NCBI GenBank assembly: GCA_040754655.1
Contig: JBFMCE010000074.1
Coordinates: forward strand, 1-19,747
Origin: Bdellovibrionota bacterium
Lineage (GTDB): Bacteria; Bdellovibrionota; UBA1018; UBA923
Direction: 5' to 3'
Length of the DNA: 19,747 bases
Part shown: positions 1 through 7,086 of the stretch, one piece after another
Layout: every line of letters begins with the position of its first letter
Position numbering within the stretch: the stretch's first letter is position 1
Position numbers and translations under genes: made by a program
Notes under the pieces: model-generated
Seen by the model: the letters and a program-made list of their open reading frames with translations, nothing else
Database searches by the model: none
What the model was told of the DNA's origin: nothing

Positions 1-600
1 GAATGGGCCAAAGAAAAAAAACAGCTTGATCTAAAACATGAACGCGTCTTTTTGCGGACTTGCGGAGGGAAAGACTTGGGTATCCGGTTGCCCCTCCCTC
101 TTCACAGCGTGCTTGATGACACTCCAATCGATTCCTTCCTCGTCGCTTTTGATGCCGATGTCAGGATTTATGAAACTGAACTTCTCACCCTGATGAAACA
201 ATTCGCAGTAACTCCGCAGTGGCACGACGAACTCGAACAAACATCGCTTCTTTGGGGCCGCGAGATCGCGCAAGAGTGCCTCACCAGCGCCCAATACCGG
301 GATATGATTCGCGGTCCCCGTTCGGTGCGAGGCCTGCTTGAGGCTTTTCACAACGTCTTGCTCGGTGGTGATTTTGTCTGGAAGCCCTTGCTCACGCGCC
401 GCTACACCGAAACTGAGCTTCGCTTTGAGCTGCGCTACTGCCCCCATCGCCAGGCGCACAAGACGACAAAAACCACCGCCGACCATGCCTGTCGTCTCGA
501 GTCGATGGTTTACAAGGGCTTTACCCAGACTCTCGTTCCCGATGTGCATTATCAACGCCATTTTCAAAAGACTTATTGCCAAGACGAACTGACCATATGA
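1..600 (+). CDS. 5'-truncated hypothetical protein with a C-terminal Cys-motif domain resembling the V4R / methanogen output domain / SufR C-terminal type
   Basis: Frame 1 is open from base 1 (EWAKEKKQLDLKHERVFLRT...), so the TTG at 52 is probably not the start. The C-terminus has ELRYCPH...HACRLE...YKGF...YC, a three-Cys pattern like V4R-type folds. The TGA stop overlaps the next ATG (ATGA, 597-600). Confidence 0.6.
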   Translation, partial: EWAKEKKQLDLKHERVFLRTCGGKDLGIRLPLPLHSVLDDTPIDSFLVAFDADVRIYETELLTLMKQFAVTPQWHDELEQTSLLWGREIAQECLTSAQYRDMIRGPRSVRGLLEAFHNVLLGGDFVWKPLLTRRYTETELRFELRYCPHRQAHKTTKTTADHACRLESMVYKGFTQTLVPDVHYQRHFQKTYCQDELTI

Positions 601-2240
601 GTTCTGCTTCAAGGCGGATTGTTCGAGTTCAAAGACAGATCTTGAAAACCATTCGAGCTGACGTGCGTAAAGCGCTTGGTCCTCGGACTCGCGACCTTCG
701 CAGGTACTATGAAGCTTACAAACGGGAATTCCGCGGTCAAGTAAGGCACTCAACCAAGGATGAATTGTTGAAAAAGTGCCTCGTTTCAGACATCATTCTC
801 TTGGGCGACTACCATACCTTCCCGCAATCGCAGAAAGCGGCGCTGATGCTCTTCAAAGAGCTGGTCGCGGCAAAAAAGAAGGTCGTGCTTGCCGTCGAAA
901 TGTTTCGCTCAGAGCACCAAGAATGGATCGACGGATACATCGATGGGAAATTGACCGAGCAAGACTTCCTCGAAAAGATCAATTATTCAAAGACTTGGGG
1001 TTTTTCGTGGGAAAATTTCGGGCCCCTCTTGAATTTCGCGAAGACGCATCGGCTGCAGGTTTTAGGCCTCAACCTCGAAACGGAAAAACTGCAGGCCAGG
1101 GATGCTCACGCGGCGAAGATCTTGGCGACATTTGCCGCGACCAACCCGGATTCAAAGATTTTCGTGCAATACGGCGACCTGCACCTCGCGCGCGGGCATA
1201 TTCCCAAGTTCCTCAAAGCCGAGCTCAAAGAAAACGCGCTCAAACGGAAGATCTTGACGATTTTCCAAAACAGCGAGTCAATTTATTGGAGGCTCGCCGA
1301 GCAAAAAGCGGTCTATCAAGTGGACGTGGTCTCACTCAAAGGAGCTCGTTATTGTTTGATGACGGCTCCGCCTTGGGTGAAGCTTCAGTCTTATCTTGAA
1401 TGGGCCGAATCTAGCCAACTTTTTGATATCGAAGAAGGGATCGGCCCCAACCTCAATGAGATTGCGCATGATCGGCTCAAACATCTCGCGGAAGCTTTGA
1501 AATTAAGGCTTCCTGAGAATCTTGATTTCACGATTCAAACCGTGAATGACCTGGCCTTCTTGAACAATGCCTCCGGTCTTCAACACCTGAACAGGCAAGA
1601 GATGAAGATCGTGAAATACCACATTCTCGGCAACAGGAGCATCTACATCCCCGGCCAAAACCTCTTTTACCTCGCTTCTCCCTCGGCAAACTCGGTTTCA
1701 GAAGGCGTATCGCTCTTGGCGTTTGCGGCCTGCTCACAAACGCATACCTTGTTTTATAAACCTCGCGAGCATTTCTTCGCGGCCGTACTGACGGCGATGC
1801 TCGCTTATTTCGGCAGCAAGGTGCTCAACCACAATCGAAAATGCGACCTTGAAGAAGATTTCAAGGCTCTTTTGGCCCGTCCTCTCCCGCGAAAGGCGTT
1901 GCCCCAGGAAAAATTACAGAGAAAGACCGCCAAGTTCGTGCTCAAGCACTGCAACGCCCAGCGGGACTACGCGAAGTCCAAGGCCTATCGAGCGCCCGTC
2001 ACTCAAAAAGGCACGGCGCAAATCTCGGTCTTCCTGGAATCGGCGCGCTGCCTGGGCAAGATGCTTGGAGAGCGCCTTTACGCGAGTTACGTTGAAGGGC
2101 ATTTCCCGGCGGAAAGAGTCGTTTCACTTTTCCAGACCAAACTTGAGAACCCCAGGCAAGCTCGATCGCTTTACCTTGAGCTTGTTCTAGATCTAAATAA
2201 GTATCGTTTATCTCACTCTAGCAAACAAGACAGGTTCTGA
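597..2240 (+). CDS. ChaN-family (TIKI/TraB/EreA superfamily) domain protein with an approximately 280-aa C-terminal extension and no signal peptide
   Basis: Motifs IILLGDYH, VVLAVEMF, Q-WIDGY-DG-LTEQDFL, WGFSW-NF-PLL-FAK, VLGLN, RDAHAA and YGDLHL match the ChaN family pattern. Start placed at ATG 597 because of the ATGA coupling. Confidence 0.8.
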   Translation: MSSASRRIVRVQRQILKTIRADVRKALGPRTRDLRRYYEAYKREFRGQVRHSTKDELLKKCLVSDIILLGDYHTFPQSQKAALMLFKELVAAKKKVVLAVEMFRSEHQEWIDGYIDGKLTEQDFLEKINYSKTWGFSWENFGPLLNFAKTHRLQVLGLNLETEKLQARDAHAAKILATFAATNPDSKIFVQYGDLHLARGHIPKFLKAELKENALKRKILTIFQNSESIYWRLAEQKAVYQVDVVSLKGARYCLMTAPPWVKLQSYLEWAESSQLFDIEEGIGPNLNEIAHDRLKHLAEALKLRLPENLDFTIQTVNDLAFLNNASGLQHLNRQEMKIVKYHILGNRSIYIPGQNLFYLASPSANSVSEGVSLLAFAACSQTHTLFYKPREHFFAAVLTAMLAYFGSKVLNHNRKCDLEEDFKALLARPLPRKALPQEKLQRKTAKFVLKHCNAQRDYAKSKAYRAPVTQKGTAQISVFLESARCLGKMLGERLYASYVEGHFPAERVVSLFQTKLENPRQARSLYLELVLDLNKYRLSHSSKQDRF

Positions 2241-2252
2241 ACCCAGGGGCTC

Positions 2253-3620
2253 TCACACTTCTTCTTGCTCCTGCCCGCGCTGCTCTTGCTCACGACGCTC
2301 AAGCCAACGGTAGATGGTGCGTGGCGCCACCCCTAAGATCGTGGCTGCTTGGTTCTTGTCGCCATTGCATGACGCAAGCGTCTCTTCAATCATCCGGTCT
2401 TCGACGGATTGAAGAGGAGTGCCCACCGCAAACCTGATCTCGCGCGAGCGTTGAGACTCGGCGATATGGCTTGGCAAGAGCTCTAAGCCAAACTCTTGCC
2501 CAACCGACAAGGCAAAAGCGCGTTCAATCACGTTCCTGAGCTCGCGAACATTGCCCGGCCACGAGTAAGCCCTCAAAAGCTGCCTTGTCTGTTGAGAGAT
2601 GGCTAGCGGCTTACGCCCTTCTCTCTCTGAAAACTCTCGCATGAAGTGGTCAGTCAGAATTTCTATATCTTCAGGCCTGTCTCGAAGCGGAGGCAGGTCG
2701 ATGACGATCACGCTCAATCGATAGAGCAAGTCTTCTCGAAAGCTTCCTTGCGTCACCAAAGGCCCAAGCTCTTTGTTCGTAGCCGCTATCCAGCGCACGT
2801 CACAATCGACCGGCGTGGTCGCTCCCAGCGGAAGCACGCTGCGATCTTGCACGACGCGCAAGATCTTCGCCTGCACCCCGAGCGGCATCGTCGCAAGTTC
2901 ATCAAAGAAGAAGGTGCCGCCATGGGCGCTGCGAATGCGACCGATGCGAGCCTGCTCGGCCCCGGTGAAAGCACCCTTCTCATGACCGAAGAGTTCGCTC
3001 TCGAGCAAGGTTTCAGGCATCGCGCCCGCGTGAAAGGCGACGAACGGGCCCTGATTGCGGGCGGATTTCTCATGCAACCTTCGGGCGAGAACCTCTTTGC
3101 CCGTCCCGCTCTCACCCACAAACAGCACTGATGCCAAGCTTGCCGCCACGCGGTCAACCAATCCCACGACCTCGCCAAACGCCCTTGACGCATAGACCGC
3201 ATCACCCAGATGCGCGTCAGTCTCTGCTTGATGAGCACTGCCAATGCTGATGCGATATTCAACTTCTTCAAGCAAAGCTACGATGTCTTTTTTTCGCAGC
3301 GGCTTGCTCAAGAAATTCAAAGCCCCCTTCCTCATCGCCGATACGGCATCCTCAATGCGTCCATAGGCCGTCATGAACGCGAATGCAGGCATGGGCATTT
3401 CAGGAGGAACAAGCTGGCGGAGCGCCTCGAGCAGTTGCAGGCCATCCATCCTCGGCATGCGCACATCCGAGAGGATGAGATCAAAACTCATCTTCGAGAA
3501 AAGCTCCAAGCCCTCATGGCCATCTACAGCGGCATAAGGCTCATGTCCCAGGCGCTTGAGCATTTCAAGCAAAGCTTCGCGGTTGTGCGCCTCATCTTCA
3601 ACAACCAAGATCCGTAGCAT
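2253..3620 (-). CDS. Sigma-54-dependent response regulator (NtrC/AtoC family: REC, AAA+, Fis-type HTH)
   Basis: REC domain (VVEDE, SDVRMP-MDG, MTAYG, KP), Walker A GESGTGKE, ESELFGHEKGAFTGA, Walker B FFFDE, FREDLLYRL, WPGNVREL, and a C-terminal HTH (NKNQAATILGV-type: GDKNQAATILGVAPRTIYRWL). Confidence 0.97.
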   Translation of the reverse strand: MLRILVVEDEAHNREALLEMLKRLGHEPYAAVDGHEGLELFSKMSFDLILSDVRMPRMDGLQLLEALRQLVPPEMPMPAFAFMTAYGRIEDAVSAMRKGALNFLSKPLRKKDIVALLEEVEYRISIGSAHQAETDAHLGDAVYASRAFGEVVGLVDRVAASLASVLFVGESGTGKEVLARRLHEKSARNQGPFVAFHAGAMPETLLESELFGHEKGAFTGAEQARIGRIRSAHGGTFFFDELATMPLGVQAKILRVVQDRSVLPLGATTPVDCDVRWIAATNKELGPLVTQGSFREDLLYRLSVIVIDLPPLRDRPEDIEILTDHFMREFSEREGRKPLAISQQTRQLLRAYSWPGNVRELRNVIERAFALSVGQEFGLELLPSHIAESQRSREIRFAVGTPLQSVEDRMIEETLASCNGDKNQAATILGVAPRTIYRWLERREQEQRGQEQEEV

Positions 3621-5589
3621 GTGGCTGGTCCTCCTTCTTGGCTAGTGGGATTGAAACCTCGAAGATCGCGCCTCCATGGCTAGAATCCACAGAATCCACG
3701 TAATCGAGCTTGCCCCCGTGCTGCAGGCAAATCTGACGCGAAACCGTAAGACCCAATCCATGACCAGAGACTTTTGTCGTTACAAAGGGCTCGAACAACC
3801 GCCCTCTGACCTCAGAAGAAACGCCGCCGCCCGTGTCTTCAATGCGCAAGAACAAGGCCTCATTCCTCTCGAAGCTCGTGAGCGTCAGACGGCGATCGCC
3901 TTTTTTGTCTCTCATCGCTTCGATCGAATTCCGGATCAGATTGAACAAAACTTGCGCGAGCGCATCCCTATCGGCGCCAATCACCGCATTCTCCGCTGAA
4001 AGATTCAGTTCCACTTGCACGCCGGCGGCCTGAATTTCTCGTGACAAGAACGCGATCGACCGCTCGATGAGCTGGTGCAACTCGACCTTCTCGCTTCGCT
4101 CGACCTGCAACGCTCTCACGTCAAGATAACGTTGAGTGATGCGATCAAGCCTTTGCACTTGCTCATCAATGGCATCGACCCTTGATTCAACCGCATGCTT
4201 TTGCTGCGAGCCTTGCGTAATGCCGCCCAGGTCTTCTCGCAGCATTTCGAGTTGCAGCGACATCGAATTCAAGGGGTTTCTCACCTCATGGGCGACCTGT
4301 GACGAAAGATTGCCGGCGAGGATGAGTTTCTTCGCGTGTTCCAGGCGCTCTTCAGCCTCGACGCGAAATGTGATGTCTTCAAACGAAAGCAATTTTCCTT
4401 GGCCATCATAAAGAGGCTGGATCTGCACGTGGAAAACCTTCCGCCCCAAAACTTCGCGCTGTGAGCTCAAAGGATCCGTAGCCTCAAGCCAATCCTGCAC
4501 CTTGGGTTCTGGCCAAGCGCTCAAGACTTGATGGGCTTTTTTGCCCAACAACTGACCACGCTCTACGCCAAAGAGGTCGCAAAAACGATCATTGAACTGC
4601 TCGACTTGCCCATTCGCATTCAAAACCAAGAGGGCGGAAGACATGCTGTTCAAGATGCGCTCATTCAAAGATCCCAACCTTCTGAGCATTTCGTTCTGGT
4701 CTTTGAGGTGGTGGTTGAGTGATTCCAACTTGTCTTTCTGTTGGTGGATCGTGCGCTCGCGCTCGAGCACCGTCATCCCCATGCGGGTGAACTCACGGGT
4801 GAGCAGAGAAAGTTCTGGCGGATGGTCTTTCGTGATCCTTGGGAATTCAACATCCCGGTGAAGCCCTTTGAGCGCGATCTCTTGGGCGACTTTGGTCCAC
4901 TCAGCGATCGGCATGATCCATTGGCGAACCCTGAAAAAGACGATGATCGAGAACACCAAGCTGAATCCCAGCAACACGATCATCATGCTTTGCGAGCTTC
5001 GAAGTTCTTGCTCAGTAGTGAGCTGAAGCAAAGTCACGCGATTTTCAATCTCTCTCGTAAGGTTTGAAAGGTTTTGCGAAAGCCGCAAGTGGTCTTGCCT
5101 CGCCTTTGCGTAAGCCTCGGCTGCCTCGGAATAACGCTTCATTTTCACCGTGGTCGAGATCGTGGCCAACATGACGGGCTCGCCCTCGGCAAGACGAGCA
5201 AGATCGTCGTTCCAGTTTTGGATGGCGGCCTTTTCAGGCACCGAGTGGGTTTGAGGGAGTTGCTCTAAAAGACGGTTGAGATCGGTTAGATTGCCCTCGA
5301 CCATTTTTCGAAGGTGGAGCTTGGGTCCGAGGTGCTCATGGGTGATCAAGCCCCACTTGCGAAAGCCCACGTACTGCTCAAAAGCGCGCTGATAAGCTGA
5401 CCACTTTCCACCGAGAAGATTGAGGTGCTTGAGGGCAGGCACATAGAATTGATTGAGAAGCTCGACATTTTTCTGAACGCTCTCGATGCGCCAGACCGTA
5501 TAAAACGAACCTGCGCTGACGGCCAAAATAATGGCCACAATGCCACGAATGATACGCGATCCGACGCGTGGTTTCTTGCTTCCTTGCAT
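3598..5589 (-). CDS. Membrane sensor histidine kinase (TM, helical periplasmic domain, TM, HAMP-like, PAS, HisKA, HATPase)
   Basis: Two hydrophobic segments; PAS-like ILNSMSSALLVLNANGQVEQFN; H-box AHEVRNPL; N-box NLIRNS; DTGGG, FEPFVTTK and GHGLGL. Overlaps the response regulator start by 23 nt. Confidence 0.95.
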   Translation of the reverse strand: MQGSKKPRVGSRIIRGIVAIILAVSAGSFYTVWRIESVQKNVELLNQFYVPALKHLNLLGGKWSAYQRAFEQYVGFRKWGLITHEHLGPKLHLRKMVEGNLTDLNRLLEQLPQTHSVPEKAAIQNWNDDLARLAEGEPVMLATISTTVKMKRYSEAAEAYAKARQDHLRLSQNLSNLTREIENRVTLLQLTTEQELRSSQSMMIVLLGFSLVFSIIVFFRVRQWIMPIAEWTKVAQEIALKGLHRDVEFPRITKDHPPELSLLTREFTRMGMTVLERERTIHQQKDKLESLNHHLKDQNEMLRRLGSLNERILNSMSSALLVLNANGQVEQFNDRFCDLFGVERGQLLGKKAHQVLSAWPEPKVQDWLEATDPLSSQREVLGRKVFHVQIQPLYDGQGKLLSFEDITFRVEAEERLEHAKKLILAGNLSSQVAHEVRNPLNSMSLQLEMLREDLGGITQGSQQKHAVESRVDAIDEQVQRLDRITQRYLDVRALQVERSEKVELHQLIERSIAFLSREIQAAGVQVELNLSAENAVIGADRDALAQVLFNLIRNSIEAMRDKKGDRRLTLTSFERNEALFLRIEDTGGGVSSEVRGRLFEPFVTTKVSGHGLGLTVSRQICLQHGGKLDYVDSVDSSHGGAIFEVSIPLAKKEDQPHATDLGC

Positions 5590-5671
5590 GAGCTTTATTT
5601 TACGTCGGAAATGAAGGGGATTCTACAAGGGATTCACGCGCGCCTTGACGCGACAAATCAAACCCTAGGCA

Positions 5672-6298
5672 CTATTCGAGCTTTCGATCTCCGGCGACGG
5701 TGTTGTACTTGTAGCGGATCAGCACATGGGTTTTGCCATCATCACCACGGCTGTCTTGAAAAATCTCGCCATCTTCATCGTGGCTCATCTTGGCACCCTT
5801 GCCTTTTCGAACATATTGAACCACTTGAAGCTTCGCGAAGTGGTTGTCCGCGGTTTGAATCACCATGACGTGAGGTTTTGGAACCCTGAGATGTCCTGCC
5901 AGCATGTCATAGTTGCAACATTCAGTGAGCGGTTTGTTATAGAAACCCTTTTTTCGAGGCCCAAAAAGACCATCAGGATCGAATTCGGAATCAGTTTCAT
6001 AATTGGCGTTTGATGGCGCTTCCTTGACGGTCTCAAAAGCACGCGTATTGAGAAACCAAACCTTCGCGCGATTCGTGGCAAAGTAACTAGCCGCGGAACG
6101 GATGTCCCATTTTGGCGACTTTGGGTCGTTCCATTTCACGTTCTCAATGATCTTCCCTGTAGAAAAATCCAGTCCCAGCCACATGGTCTGTTCGGGCTTT
6201 ACGGCAGGCGACGACAACTCGACCGTCTTTTCAATCAGCGCTGCAGACGCAACACTAGACGCAAAGAACAACCCTAAAACCGCGAGATGAGCTTTCAT
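5672..6298 (-). CDS. hmuY: HmuY-family haem-binding protein with a cleavable signal peptide
   Basis: Start reassigned to ATG 6298, which has a GGGGAG Shine-Dalgarno upstream and gives the signal peptide MKAHLAVLGLFFASSVASA. HmuY-like blocks: WLGLDFSTG, WDI...FATN, NYD...H...P, VMVIQTADNHFAKLQVVQY, VLIRYKY. Lies downstream of a TonB-dependent receptor. Confidence 0.8.
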   Translation of the reverse strand: MKAHLAVLGLFFASSVASAALIEKTVELSSPAVKPEQTMWLGLDFSTGKIIENVKWNDPKSPKWDIRSAASYFATNRAKVWFLNTRAFETVKEAPSNANYETDSEFDPDGLFGPRKKGFYNKPLTECCNYDMLAGHLRVPKPHVMVIQTADNHFAKLQVVQYVRKGKGAKMSHDEDGEIFQDSRGDDGKTHVLIRYKYNTVAGDRKLE

Positions 6299-6351
6299 AA
6301 CCAATACTCCCCTTGTAAAAATTCTTTCTCTTGCGAAGCCTTTCTTTATTT

Positions 6352-7086
6352 TCAGAACAGCCTCTTCCATTCAAAGCCAAATGTCTTTCTCAAAGCATCG
6401 TGCCGGTCGAAACGAAGCGCGTAGTAACTCACCCCATCCACCCCACGCAAGATAAAGACTCTTTGACTCAGTTCAACCTTGTGGTTTTCTTCCGGAACGT
6501 AACTCGCTAAGAACCCCGGCCCGATCTGATTGACAAGCATGTTCTGAAAATCGGGCCTCATGCCCTCAGCAAGGGGTTCTTTCCTGTCTTCGCGAAATTC
6601 CAACGACAAAATCTCGCTCGCCTGAGCCGGCATCAACACAAGTTCACCATTGTCACGATCGGGCATTACCGCAAACGCAGCCTTTCCGCCGGTATCCACG
6701 TCTCCTTTCGAGGAGTCACCTCTGGCGGTATCGCCCCCGTTTGAGCGCATGATCGGAAAGCCTTTTTGAATGCCCATATCCCAACCCTGGCTGCGGAAAA
6801 ACTCTTGGCTTGAATCGTAGACAACGCAATTCAGGCCCGCTCTCCAGTAAATCCAATCCTTCCATTGCCTCTCTTGAGGGTTGCTTCCGTCTGATTTCGA
6901 GTAACGCACTTCAATGCGACCAGATGCTTCTTGCGGGCTTGAAGAATCACACTCGGTCGAAAGCACCGTTGCCCCGCCGCGCTCTGGCACCGAAACATCA
7001 GGAGCTTGGGTCAAGCCGCAACCCGAAAGCAAGACTGCGATGCAAAGCGCCCCGACCGCGACTGCTATCACTGAAATCACCTTCAT
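6352..7086 (-). CDS. Divergent HmuY-like lipoprotein
   Basis: Lipoprotein signal ending in the lipobox LSG|C. Blocks WKDWIYW, WDMGIQ...MRSNGG...GG-AA, HKVELSQRVFILRGVDG-SYYALRF and FEWKRL follow HmuY order. ATGA overlap with the receptor stop (7083-7086). Confidence 0.7.
   Translation of the reverse strand: MKVISVIAVAVGALCIAVLLSGCGLTQAPDVSVPERGGATVLSTECDSSSPQEASGRIEVRYSKSDGSNPQERQWKDWIYWRAGLNCVVYDSSQEFFRSQGWDMGIQKGFPIMRSNGGDTARGDSSKGDVDTGGKAAFAVMPDRDNGELVLMPAQASEILSLEFREDRKEPLAEGMRPDFQNMLVNQIGPGFLASYVPEENHKVELSQRVFILRGVDGVSYYALRFDRHDALRKTFGFEWKRLF

Noticed and set aside
31..753. 240-aa minus-strand ORF
   Set aside because: Antisense to two coupled plus-strand genes with recognisable motifs, and has no family features of its own.
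776..5546. Numerous 60-210 aa alternative-frame and antisense ORFs (e.g. 776-1399, 2646-3131, 2786-3271, 3676-3999)
   Set aside because: Shadow ORFs wholly inside well-supported genes, with Arg/Ser-rich non-protein-like composition.
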